Assembly (NCBI GenBank): GCA_963722075.1
Contig: CAVRJM010000001.1
Coordinates: 576,001-640,000 of the forward strand
DNA length: 64,000 bases
Direction of reading: 5' to 3'
Source of the DNA: Candidatus Babeliales bacterium
Lineage (GTDB): Bacteria; Babelota; Babeliae; Babelales; JANWKD01
The translations under genes were made by a program, and so were the position numbers. Below, piece after piece: positions 49,105 to 58,627 of this stretch (position 1 is the first letter of the stretch; each line of letters starts with the position of its first letter). The notes beneath the pieces are model-generated. The model did no database searches and was not told the origin of the DNA. It saw nothing but the letters and a program-made list of their open reading frames with translations.

Positions 49105-49563
49105 TTAAAGACTTTTAGATAACTCTTTTAATTCATTAAGTAAATTTTTAGAAAGTTCCTCAGCTTCCCAAGAGGTATAACTCCACTGAACTCCTTTATC
49201 AACACGCGTTAATAATGAACGATCACTTTTAATGTCAATAATATCAATACGAACAACATTCATTAACGGATGCACCGAAGAAGGAGCCCGAACAACACCT
49301 GCCCTTCCTAAAACACTATATGCGGTATTATTTTCCTCCAAAAAACAGAGCATAACTTTTTTCTGCCATACCATATTATGGTACCCCGTATGTTCTTTAT
49401 GAATCGAAATTAAAATACTTTCCAACCCTTTTGGATACACACAATGAATCGGTGTTGTATGCGGAAGTCCTTTTTCAGAGAATGTTGCTAAAACACCTAC
49501 CGGCGCTTTTTTTAGTACTGCAATTAAATCATCAGGAAGTTTAACACCAACATGTTTGGCCAT
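49105..49563 (-). CDS. Pyridoxamine 5'-phosphate oxidase-like (FMN split-barrel) protein
   Basis: VLATFSEKGLPHTTPI...SVLGRA. Confidence 0.75.
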   Translation of the reverse strand: MAKHVGVKLPDDLIAVLKKAPVGVLATFSEKGLPHTTPIHCVYPKGLESILISIHKEHTGYHNMVWQKKVMLCFLEENNTAYSVLGRAGVVRAPSSVHPLMNVVRIDIIDIKSDRSLLTRVDKGVQWSYTSWEAEELSKNLLNELKELSKSL

Positions 49564-49649
49564 GAATATATCCTTTAAATAAAAATAATACAAAATTATA
49601 ACGACAAACAAAATTAACCTAAAGATACCTTCTTAGTGTACCAGCATTG

Positions 49650-50150
49650 TCAAGAGGCACCTCTTTTATATTCAGTAGGGATAGAATTTTTAATAATTCG
49701 AATTGAGCGAGCTATATCTTCATCAATTTGAGTTTTATCTACGGGTTGATGGGCAAATTTAATTACTATAGCGCCTTTAAAAATTTTTTCTAAGTCAGAT
49801 TCAAGAATGTCAGGTAGCAAATTCTGCTTAAAATGACTAATAATCTCTTCTTCTGTTTTGCTAAAAAAATCAGAGCTATATCGCTGTGTTAGATATTTTT
49901 TTATTATGGTAGTCAATTGTGCATAAAAAATATGATTTTCAAGGTTTGCTGTTTTTTTTAATGCTTCTACCTCTATCAATGCATGATACCAACACGGCTT
50001 TTGGCGATGCCTATTTCTTAAAAATAAGTATATTGCTATAACTGCTATTACTACAATAATAGCACCTGCGCCAATAATGGTATAATATCGTACCAACCAC
50101 GAAGGCTCATACCAAAGGTCATAGGGGTGATAAAGTTCTATTTCAGTCAT
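49650..50150 (-). CDS. MoxR/Bat-operon associated membrane protein (DUF4381-like)
   Basis: TM helix then ALIEV..L, FYAQLTTIIKKYL..RY, KT..E, IKFA. Confidence 0.65.
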   Translation of the reverse strand: MTEIELYHPYDLWYEPSWLVRYYTIIGAGAIIVVIAVIAIYLFLRNRHRQKPCWYHALIEVEALKKTANLENHIFYAQLTTIIKKYLTQRYSSDFFSKTEEEIISHFKQNLLPDILESDLEKIFKGAIVIKFAHQPVDKTQIDEDIARSIRIIKNSIPTEYKRGAS

Positions 50151-50165
50151 TATAGTCCCTAAATA

Positions 50166-51029
50166 TTAATGTAAAAGACGGCGCGCAAAGAAAGATATTA
50201 ATTTATCAATATAAGAAAAATTAAGCGAGATATCAAAAAAATCTATCCCGCTCTTTTTAAATTGGCTATCTTGTTTTTTAATGCGTTGTTCAAGAAAGTT
50301 ATTAATTTCCCTATTATTTTTTAAGTTAAGTAAAAATCGCCCCTCATGTTCAGGATCCTGAACATGAATATAGCCGATCGGTGCGATAGCCTTCTCGTAC
50401 TTATCAAGACATCGAATTATTACCATATCATAGCGCTCACTTACTAATACTAATTCTTTTTTATGCATTGGATTAATAAAATCAGAAATAAAAAATAGTA
50501 AGGTATCTTTCTTACTTTTTTGAGCTAAGAAATCAAATACCATTTTAATATTGGTACCCCGCGCATTTGGTGTATGGCTCCAAATTTTTTGTATTATTAC
50601 ATTAATATGTGATTTGCCTGCCTTTGGTGGTATATATAATTCAATATGATCGGAAAAAAGCAATAAGCCGACATATGCTTTTGAGTATTCCCCCGCAAGC
50701 GCTAATACCGTGGCTACTTGCTGAATAATCTCTTTTTTTAATTCTTTTTGCGAACTAAAAATGGTGGATGCAGATATATCAATGGCAACTAAGATAGTTC
50801 TGGTATGCTCGTGAATATATTCTTTAATGACCATTTTGTTAAGGCGTCCCGTGCTTTTCCAATCCATAAATCTGATATCATCGCCCAATTGATAGTCACG
50901 AAGCTGATCAAATTCTAATCCATATCCTTTATGGGCTGAACGATACTCACCCGTCAAGAAACCATTCAAACGCTTTTTTACCAGCAATTGTAATAAACAA
51001 ATCTTTTTTTGTATTTCTGGAGAAATCAT
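50166..51029 (-). CDS. DUF58 domain protein
   Basis: GLEFDQLRDYQLGDDIRFMDWK, DISAS, ISDF. Confidence 0.9.
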   Translation of the reverse strand: MISPEIQKKICLLQLLVKKRLNGFLTGEYRSAHKGYGLEFDQLRDYQLGDDIRFMDWKSTGRLNKMVIKEYIHEHTRTILVAIDISASTIFSSQKELKKEIIQQVATVLALAGEYSKAYVGLLLFSDHIELYIPPKAGKSHINVIIQKIWSHTPNARGTNIKMVFDFLAQKSKKDTLLFFISDFINPMHKKELVLVSERYDMVIIRCLDKYEKAIAPIGYIHVQDPEHEGRFLLNLKNNREINNFLEQRIKKQDSQFKKSGIDFFDISLNFSYIDKLISFFARRLLH

Positions 51030-51039
51030 AGATTACTCG

Positions 51040-52272
51040 TTATAAAAGCCACGGTTTTAATACATCGGGTATCTTTATTGAGCCATCAGGTTGCTGAAAT
51101 GTTTCCATAATCGCTGCCATTAATCGCGGTAGCGCTAATGAAGATGCATTAAGGGTATGAACCAACGTAGTTTTACTGGTCACTTCTTTTTTATAACGCA
51201 TTGCACCGCGCCGTGCTTGAAAATCAGTACAATTACTACAAGAAGAAACTTCCATGTAACGATTTTGGCCTGGTAGCCATACCTCAATATCATACGTTTT
51301 TGCCGAAGGGAAAGAACAATCTTGCGCTGCTAATAGGCTTATTCGATAATGCAAATTAAGTTTTTGTAATAATTCCTGTGCGCAATCTACCATTTTAGTA
51401 AGTTCATTATCAGATTCATCAGGCACACAATAGGTATATAATTCAACTTTTTCAAATTGGTGAATCCGTATTAATCCTCGCTCAGCGGCACCATACCCGC
51501 CAGCTTCGCGTCTAAAGCAACTGGTTGGAGCAGTCAGGCGAATTGGCAATTGATCAGCAGAGAAAATAGTATCTCTGTATAAATTTGCCAAACTAACTTC
51601 TGAGGTAGGGATCAAAAATAAATTATCATGCGCTACGGCATAAACATCATCATAAAATTTGGGGAAATTCCCCGCAACTTCAAGTGATTTTTCATTAACT
51701 AAGTAAGGTGGTAATACAAAAGAAAAGCCATGCGATTCATTATGCTTAAGCATAAACATCACTAAAGCATAAATGAGTTTTACTGCTTGGCCTTTATAGA
51801 GAACAAAATTATTACCAGCAATCATTGCTGCTGCATGAAAATCAAACCAACCAAGCGCTGTGCCTAATTCAACATGATGTTTAATTTCGAAATCAAATAC
51901 GGGCTTTTTACCAACCTCTTTTACCACTTTATTAGCTTCTTTTGCCCCTTCCGGGATCTCAGGTAATGGTATATTGGGGCAACGCAAATATAATTTTTTA
52001 AATTCTTCTTGCGTAGCAAGCAGTGTATGCTCTTGCTCTTTTAGTTCTTTTCCAATAGTAATTGATTTCTCACGCAATTCTTGGGTAACGGCAGCTTTAC
52101 CTTGCTTTGCAAGCTCATTTTTTTGATGACGTAATTCTTCAACCCTTTTAGTGAGTATTCGAACCTCTTTTTCTAGTTCAATAAAATGATCAGAAGGGAA
52201 TGTAGGATCTTTTTTTTTAATAAGACTTTTAAATTGTTCAGGATGTTCATGCACCAAAGATAAATCTATCAT
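51040..52272 (-). CDS. serS: Serine--tRNA ligase
   Basis: LIPTSEV, CFRREAG, GLIRIHQFEKVE, EVSSCSNCTDFQARR, HTLNAS. Confidence 0.97.
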   Translation of the reverse strand: MIDLSLVHEHPEQFKSLIKKKDPTFPSDHFIELEKEVRILTKRVEELRHQKNELAKQGKAAVTQELREKSITIGKELKEQEHTLLATQEEFKKLYLRCPNIPLPEIPEGAKEANKVVKEVGKKPVFDFEIKHHVELGTALGWFDFHAAAMIAGNNFVLYKGQAVKLIYALVMFMLKHNESHGFSFVLPPYLVNEKSLEVAGNFPKFYDDVYAVAHDNLFLIPTSEVSLANLYRDTIFSADQLPIRLTAPTSCFRREAGGYGAAERGLIRIHQFEKVELYTYCVPDESDNELTKMVDCAQELLQKLNLHYRISLLAAQDCSFPSAKTYDIEVWLPGQNRYMEVSSCSNCTDFQARRGAMRYKKEVTSKTTLVHTLNASSLALPRLMAAIMETFQQPDGSIKIPDVLKPWLL

Positions 52273-52355
52273 ATATTCTCTCAAAACGTGGTAACTAGTA
52301 ATGATAAATCGGTATTATTTACCTTAACCTTAGCGTAAAAAAACTATTTTGAAAA

Positions 52356-52382
52356 GCAAAAAGGATCGGAAATCCGATCCTT
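52356..52382 (-). terminator. Rho-independent terminator after the HU gene
   Basis: AAGGATCGGA-AA-TCCGATCCTT with adjacent A-run. Confidence 0.7.
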
Positions 52383-52423
52383 GTACTGGTAATAATCTTA
52401 AATTTTCGTAGTCTATATAACCA

Positions 52424-52702
52424 CTAAATTGATCTAACTATCTCTTTTAAATTCTTCCCAGGTTTAAAACGTGGAATATTTATTGCAGGAAGATTAATAC
52501 GTTCTTTAGTTGCAGGGTTAATACCTTTACGTTCAGGTCTACGTGAAACCCACCAGGTACCAAACCCAGCCCATTGTAATTTATCGCCTTTTTTCAAGGT
52601 GCGTTGTACAATGCGCGCTAAACTATCTAACACTCGTGAAACATCTTTTTTACTAAAAGTAGTTTCTTCACTGAGCGAATTTATTAACTCACTCTTATTC
52701 AT
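52424..52702 (-). CDS. hup: HU family DNA-binding protein
   Basis: MNKSELI, GFGT, RKGINPAT, PRFKPGKNLK. Confidence 0.93.
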   Translation of the reverse strand: MNKSELINSLSEETTFSKKDVSRVLDSLARIVQRTLKKGDKLQWAGFGTWWVSRRPERKGINPATKERINLPAINIPRFKPGKNLKEIVRSI

Positions 52703-52920
52703 AAGAACTCCTAAGTTTAATAGAGGTTAAAACACTGCTACTTCATTAAATATCGCCTTTTTTTTTCTGTGATATTTAGTAACAAATACTAATTTTGATT
52801 TAAAAATTTGTCAACTTCCGATACATTTTTATTACCAACTATATGGACAGGTTGTACCAAAAAAAATCAAATTAATTTGTTTTATAATTTAAACACATAT
52901 TTAATTTCAAGGAACTAATA

Positions 52921-53745
52921 ATGCTCATTGATACTCATTGCCATATCAATATGATGATTAAAGAAAAATTTGATGAATTGATTACTAATAATCAGCTCTT
53001 TTTAGCAGAAGCTATCATTAACCAAGCACAACAATCAACCGTTTTGAAAATAATTAATGTTGGCACAAGTTATAGAGAGAGTATTAATTGTGTCACCTTA
53101 GCAACACAATATGCTGCGTGTTATGCAGCAATTGGCATACATCCTAATGATTGTACAGCAACCTGGCATATAGATTTAAAAGAAATGGAGCAACGTTGGT
53201 TTCAACAAACAACTACCCGCCATAAAGAATTTAAAATTGTGGCAATCGGCGAATGCGGCCTCGATCGGCACTATCCAGATTATAATATGATGCGACAAAA
53301 AGATGCTTTTAGAGCACAAATTGAATTAGCACTTACCTTTTGCCTTCCCGTAATTGTGCACACGCGTGATGCTGGCGATGAAACATTGCGGGTACTTGAA
53401 GAATATATACCAAATAATATAAAAGGAGTTATTCATTGTTTTAGCGAAGATCAATCGTTTGCAAATACCGTACTAGAATGGGGATTTTTATTAGGGATTG
53501 GTGGCCCATTAACCTATCCTAAAAATAATGCATTACGCGATATTTTTAAAACCGTACCACTTGAAACTATTGTTTTAGAGACGGATGCCCCATTTTTACC
53601 AATACAGCAAATGCGCGGCAAACAAAACCATCCAAAATATATTGCCGATATCGCAGAATTTCTTGCGCAATTACGAAATGAGAGCATTGAAACTGTTGCT
53701 CAAATAACTACAAAAAATGCCACAAAACTGTTTTTATTTGAATAG
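52921..53745 (+). CDS. tatD: TatD family hydrolase
   Basis: IDTHCH, GIHP, IGECGLD, VHTR, HCF, ETDAP. Confidence 0.93.
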   Translation: MLIDTHCHINMMIKEKFDELITNNQLFLAEAIINQAQQSTVLKIINVGTSYRESINCVTLATQYAACYAAIGIHPNDCTATWHIDLKEMEQRWFQQTTTRHKEFKIVAIGECGLDRHYPDYNMMRQKDAFRAQIELALTFCLPVIVHTRDAGDETLRVLEEYIPNNIKGVIHCFSEDQSFANTVLEWGFLLGIGGPLTYPKNNALRDIFKTVPLETIVLETDAPFLPIQQMRGKQNHPKYIADIAEFLAQLRNESIETVAQITTKNATKLFLFE

Positions 53746-53807
53746 TTCAAATACTTACTTTAAAATACCTTTATATCATTCATTTATTTAATTTTAAGGA
53801 AACTAAT

Positions 53808-54116
53808 ATGAAATATGCTCTTTTTCTAACTACTATTTTGATATCTTGTTCATTAAAAGGCATGTATCATTATGAAAAAAATAATGATAAAAATGAAGAT
53901 GGTTACGTAATTAAATACATCACTAGAACATGCAATAAGGGATATAAAGGTAAATCAATTCACGTCAGCAAAAAACGTAATATAGCAACGAAAGAATTAG
54001 AATGGTCTCTCATAACGTTTGATGAAAATAATAAAAATTCAAGACCATCACCCTCTTATTGGTGGCGTCTTCTTAAAGATGAGCACGCCAAATATATAGC
54101 AGCTAAATCCGAATAA
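53808..54116 (+). CDS. Small secreted hypothetical protein (paralog of 54194)
   Basis: Signal peptide; AAGGA RBS. Confidence 0.65.
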   Translation: MKYALFLTTILISCSLKGMYHYEKNNDKNEDGYVIKYITRTCNKGYKGKSIHVSKKRNIATKELEWSLITFDENNKNSRPSPSYWWRLLKDEHAKYIAAKSE

Positions 54117-54193
54117 CTTTCTTATATCCATTATCAAGCCAAATATAAGCTGTTATCAAATAGAACATCTTACCTTTAACCGCTGAGGGCTCT

Positions 54194-54556
54194 ATGAAAT
54201 ATTTTTATATTTTTCTCAATATAATTTTTTTATCATATCCACTACATGCAATAAATCACGAAATAATAGACCTTAAAAAAGTTAAAATTAAAACAGACGA
54301 TTCAGTAATTACTACAATTACAAAAAAAGATATCTATAATAACCAAGGGCATATAGTATCCATTAGTAAAATAAAACACAAAAAAGACAATAAAATTCAT
54401 TGGACAATCACGACGTGGGTGATACAGAAAAAAAATGAATCTTGTGAGGAACGCCAAGAATACTACTTAGAATATGAGCCCGATCACTTCCCCAATTTGT
54501 GGTTCTCTCTCAAAGCAGAATTAGAAAAAGATATTGATTCATCCAAATCGCAATAA
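54194..54556 (+). CDS. Small secreted hypothetical protein (paralog of 53808)
   Basis: Shared IT...G..(I/V)..SK...W(S/T)...W..LK.E pattern. Confidence 0.65.
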   Translation: MKYFYIFLNIIFLSYPLHAINHEIIDLKKVKIKTDDSVITTITKKDIYNNQGHIVSISKIKHKKDNKIHWTITTWVIQKKNESCEERQEYYLEYEPDHFPNLWFSLKAELEKDIDSSKSQ

Positions 54557-55000
54557 TTTTTTTATACCCATATCAAGCCAAATATGCGAAGCTGCTCCTA
54601 AAACGAAAAATAGCATATCGTATATGATAACTTGAATTAAAGCAGGCACTATCATATATCCACACATAATAATACCTAATGCCATAAGCATGATAAACCA
54701 TATATTGTGACAAATAGCGCGATGATTGGAAATTAAGGGAATCATGGCCAATATACTTAAAAGCGCGATTTCAAAAAAATGTCGAATTAAAAAAAGATAG
54801 ATAATAATAAAGAACAATATTTTATAAAAAATCTTTTGTCCTTTACTTTTGGTATCAATATCAGGAAACAGCGAACCCAATAAACTAAACCCCAGCCATT
54901 CGAGTGCAGTAAAAATAGAAATATACATACCGATAAAAAAATAAAGACCGATAGCAAAAATCAGCGCTCCACCTGCTAAATGTTTTTTATAATTCGGCAT
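54539..55000 (-). CDS. YdjM-like membrane-bound metal-dependent hydrolase
   Basis: N-terminal His, GSLFPDID, HRAICH, SHIWLD. Confidence 0.85.
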   Translation of the reverse strand: MPNYKKHLAGGALIFAIGLYFFIGMYISIFTALEWLGFSLLGSLFPDIDTKSKGQKIFYKILFFIIIYLFLIRHFFEIALLSILAMIPLISNHRAICHNIWFIMLMALGIIMCGYMIVPALIQVIIYDMLFFVLGAASHIWLDMGIKKLLRFG

Positions 55001-55017
55001 ACGCTCCTAATAAATAA

Positions 55018-56220
55018 TTATACCGTTAATTTCATACATGAAGTTCCCGGATAAAAAAAGCGCAAAATGTTGCGATAAGTCCATCCTTGATCAACCATAT
55101 ATCGTGCGCCCCATTGACAAATACCACAATGGTGCCCATATCCTTTACCTTTAATCAAAATTTTTTTCATTTTTATTTCAATAGAGTAACAGTAACTTTT
55201 AATTTTAGTTGAAAGCGCATAGAACTGCTTACCCGTTAACCGAGTAACTCCTTTAGCCCATTTAATAACAACTTCTAAGACTGATCCAGCCTTATCGTTT
55301 TTTATTTCAATATCCTTAATTGCATAAAGATCAAATCCTTTCTTTTGCAATAATTTTTCAAATTCAAGTAAAGATAACTCAAAATGCCATTGATATATCT
55401 TACACGGTTTGCAAAAATCACAGATTTGGGCGCGCGCTAAATACGGAGACTTTTTGAAATCAACACCGGATAGATTTGCCGGAACTACCCCACCACAACA
55501 AGAATCAAACATAGCAAGAATAGGTTTTTTATTATGAGTGACTATAAGCCCTTCAGTTTGTTCTACCGCTTTTTTTAATAGTTCATTGTTATGGTAGCCA
55601 TTATATGTTTGATGAATGTTGGTGTTTTTAATATGGAAAGGCTTCTTATTAGTACGTTCAAGAATTTTATTCAATACATACGTCCGGGAAGCGATGGCAA
55701 AAACCTTATTGACTTCTAATGGCCAACCAGGCCAACTTTCAGAGCGCAAAACACTATACACATAATCTTCAAGCCGCAATTGATTAATTAAATAACAGGT
55801 ATCGTTTTCAACAATAAATAACAAATCACCTTGATAGGGATTATTATTAAAAAGTAGGTGATCTTGAGCTGAACGTACTCTAATATTTTTTTCACTCAGT
55901 TTTTTACCATTAATAAATAGATTTTTATCTTTAAAGCAGAAAATATGGGATTTAGTAGAAGAAATTTTTCTTTTATGCTCATTACCTAATTCACAAATAA
56001 TAAGATCACTAGCTGATTCAATAATCCATTGCCCATTGTATTTTTTTTCATCCAGCAAAACGCGAACGGTACACTCTTTAGGCTTTTTTTGAATGATATC
56101 TGATTGCTTAGGATTCTCTATTATGGGACTGTTAGCACATAGGGTAAATCCAGAAAAAATAAGAATAATCTGGCATAATACTATAAAAATAATGTTCTTT
56201 TTTTTATAAACTGATCTCAT
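55018..56220 (-). CDS. SpoIID/LytB domain lytic transglycosylase
   Basis: LEDYVYSVLRSE, AIASRTY, HQTY, GYGHHCGICQWGA, ILRFFYPG. Confidence 0.9.
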   Translation of the reverse strand: MRSVYKKKNIIFIVLCQIILIFSGFTLCANSPIIENPKQSDIIQKKPKECTVRVLLDEKKYNGQWIIESASDLIICELGNEHKRKISSTKSHIFCFKDKNLFINGKKLSEKNIRVRSAQDHLLFNNNPYQGDLLFIVENDTCYLINQLRLEDYVYSVLRSESWPGWPLEVNKVFAIASRTYVLNKILERTNKKPFHIKNTNIHQTYNGYHNNELLKKAVEQTEGLIVTHNKKPILAMFDSCCGGVVPANLSGVDFKKSPYLARAQICDFCKPCKIYQWHFELSLLEFEKLLQKKGFDLYAIKDIEIKNDKAGSVLEVVIKWAKGVTRLTGKQFYALSTKIKSYCYSIEIKMKKILIKGKGYGHHCGICQWGARYMVDQGWTYRNILRFFYPGTSCMKLTV

Positions 56221-56719
56221 ATTGATGCATAATCTTTTGAAATTCACCCGGCATTGGCGTTCTTTTATCTATACCTTCATTTGCCAATGCATCGGCAATA
56301 CCATTATATTCTCTTAATATGTGACAAAATGAATAATTAATATTAGATAAAAACAGATGAGCACAGTTAAAAAGCTGCTTTAACTCTAAACTTCTAATCT
56401 TATATTCACCCTTCATATGCTTTATTAGGAGCTCAGAATCAGAAAATATATATAAAACATCATTAGCATTGATATGTTTCTTAGCAAAATAAATACCTAA
56501 TAACAATGCTAAATATTCTGCTTGATTATTGGTCTTTACCCCTAAGAAAAATCCTTTTTTATAAATAAGCTCTTCTTCTTTTAGTAAAAAAATACCAGCC
56601 CCTGCTAATCCAGGGTTTTTTCGAGATGCACCATCGACAAACAGTTTCCAAGAAATTGCACCTTTTTTAACGATTACAGAAGAAGGAATACAATCATCAA
56701 AAAAACTAAGCTGTTTCAT
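56204..56719 (-). CDS. rnhA: Ribonuclease HI (archaeal/Ty3-like type)
   Basis: FVDGASRKNPG, TNNQAEY, SDSEL, REYNGIADALAN. Confidence 0.9.
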   Translation of the reverse strand: MKQLSFFDDCIPSSVIVKKGAISWKLFVDGASRKNPGLAGAGIFLLKEEELIYKKGFFLGVKTNNQAEYLALLLGIYFAKKHINANDVLYIFSDSELLIKHMKGEYKIRSLELKQLFNCAHLFLSNINYSFCHILREYNGIADALANEGIDKRTPMPGEFQKIMHQYEISL

Positions 56720-56723
56720 CCGG

Positions 56724-57422
56724 TTATTCCATATATAAAAATCGATAACATTGCTTACATTGTAGTATGCCATTTCTTCTGACACGCGACAAATCTTGAG
56801 CAGACAAACTGTAAAAACATGCTGAACAGCTATCATTTATTACGGGAACTACGGGATTTGAAACAGATTCACGCATAAGAGCGTATTTTTCTAGCCATTC
56901 TACCGGCAATCCCTTTTCTTTATCGGGACGTTGCGCACGTGCTTGATCAATCGATTCAGTAAGTGCTTGTGCTTTACTTGCGAGCTCTTCCATGGCTTTT
57001 TCAGCTTGCATTATTTGCTGTGCTGTCTCTTCACTTTTTATGGTATATTCACGCGTTGTTGCTTCAAGTACATGCCAAACCTGCAACAGTTGTTCTTCAA
57101 AAGCATGTTGTGCTTGTTTTAACTTTTCAATTTCATGGGTCAATGATTGATATTCTCGCTGGTTACTAACTCGATCAAGTTGCTGTTCTTTATTTTTTTG
57201 TTTTTGCCCAAGCTCTTCCATTTCTAATTCTTTAGCATCTACCTCTTTTTTGGCAGTGCTTAAGCGCTTTTTTACTGTTTCAAGATCAGTTTTTAATTGA
57301 TCTATTCTTTCTTTATAAGTTAATGATTCTTGCTGAAGCTGCTTTTGCTCATATACCAACTTATTAATTTGTTGATCCAGATGAACTAGGTCTAAAAATC
57401 GCTGAAAGGGAAACTCGCTCAT
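56724..57422 (-). CDS. Coiled-coil protein with C4 zinc ribbon (COG1579)
   Basis: Long coiled coil ending CSAC...CKQCYRFLY. Confidence 0.88.
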   Translation of the reverse strand: MSEFPFQRFLDLVHLDQQINKLVYEQKQLQQESLTYKERIDQLKTDLETVKKRLSTAKKEVDAKELEMEELGQKQKNKEQQLDRVSNQREYQSLTHEIEKLKQAQHAFEEQLLQVWHVLEATTREYTIKSEETAQQIMQAEKAMEELASKAQALTESIDQARAQRPDKEKGLPVEWLEKYALMRESVSNPVVPVINDSCSACFYSLSAQDLSRVRRNGILQCKQCYRFLYME

Positions 57423-57458
57423 TACAAATCTTTCTGTTAGCAAAGGTTACGGTTTGAA

Positions 57459-57535
57459 TGGTGGGCCCACCAGGACTTGAACCTGGGACCTCTCGGTTAT
57501 GAGCCGATTGCTCTGACCAACTGAGCTATGGGCCC
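57459..57535 (-). tRNA. tRNA with CAT anticodon, probably tRNA-Ile2 (lysidine)
   Basis: GGGCCCA/TGGGCCC acceptor stem typical of Ile tRNAs, loop CTCATAA, CCA. Confidence 0.88.
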
Positions 57536-57750
57536 CCTATTAGACATTTTCAAGCCAGAAAGAACATTTATTTCTAACGGGGAAACTGCAATTAAAGATA
57601 ATGTAAAATTTGCTCTTTGTGAAGGGGCAATGCTAATTTTGTTACCGAGTTTATCAACTATAATCCTGAACCATAATTTTTGACAAAAGATCATATTTCT
57701 AATAAATTTTAAAGTGTTTACCTACAAAATTTTATAATTAAGAGAAATAT

Positions 57751-58587
57751 ATGAAAAAACTTATTTTATTATGCTCGTTAAGCATGATCACTTTTTTTAG
57801 CCGTTCTGCCACACTCATAGAAATCGAAAATGAGCTCAAAAAAAAATCTTTCGAATTGCAAGCAGAATTACATCAAGAACTGGATTCAATGAACAATGAA
57901 TCGATTAGCTTCCATGAAAATCGCCTTAAAAAAAAAGCTAGTTTTGCCGACAGACATTTCCAAGAATGCTCTAAGGATGGTAATTCAGAAGAATGCAAGA
58001 AAGTAATGGAAGAGTGGAAATCATATAAAAAGGTTGAAGAAAAGGACAAGAAACGCTTCGAAGAACATCGGGATCAAAAAGGTATCTTCGCTATCGAAAA
58101 GGCACGAGAACAAAATCCCAAAGTTAAAGAGTTAATGCTCTCCGTGGATAGATTAAAAAAAGATCGTGCATTTGCCTTATTTGAATTAATACAGCAAAAT
58201 CCACAAGCACTCTTTGAAATCGCTAAAAAAGTCGTAACTAATGCGCAAAATGTGCAAATATCATTAAATGAAAAAATTACTGAGTTCCTAAAGCCTATTA
58301 CACAAGAAAAACTACAATATAAGGAAAAAAGTCTTCAGGAAGAATCTTCGTATTTTCAAAAGCAGGATATAGATTCAGGAGAACAGAAAAAAAAATCAAA
58401 GCGATACAAACGAAACAAACAACATGGGCAAATTATTGAAGGTTGCTTTGAAGAAAAAGAAGCGATTGCACAATTTAAGGCAAAAAACGATAAAGACGTT
58501 CAAGATTTAAATTATCAAGCGACAAATTACCTAGAAGTTCTTATGATACTCCAGGGTCTTGAAAAATCTATTTCCACAAAGAATTAA
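57751..58587 (+). CDS. Hypothetical exported Lys/Glu-rich helical protein
   Basis: 278-aa ORF with signal peptide. Confidence 0.7.
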   Translation: MKKLILLCSLSMITFFSRSATLIEIENELKKKSFELQAELHQELDSMNNESISFHENRLKKKASFADRHFQECSKDGNSEECKKVMEEWKSYKKVEEKDKKRFEEHRDQKGIFAIEKAREQNPKVKELMLSVDRLKKDRAFALFELIQQNPQALFEIAKKVVTNAQNVQISLNEKITEFLKPITQEKLQYKEKSLQEESSYFQKQDIDSGEQKKKSKRYKRNKQHGQIIEGCFEEKEAIAQFKAKNDKDVQDLNYQATNYLEVLMILQGLEKSISTKN

Positions 58588-58591
58588 TTAT

Positions 58592-58622
58592 GAGAGCCCA
58601 GCAATTAAGATCAATGGGCTCT
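58592..58622. terminator. Hairpin between convergent genes
   Basis: AGAGCCCA...TGGGCTCT. Confidence 0.5.
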
Positions 58623-58627
58623 TTACC

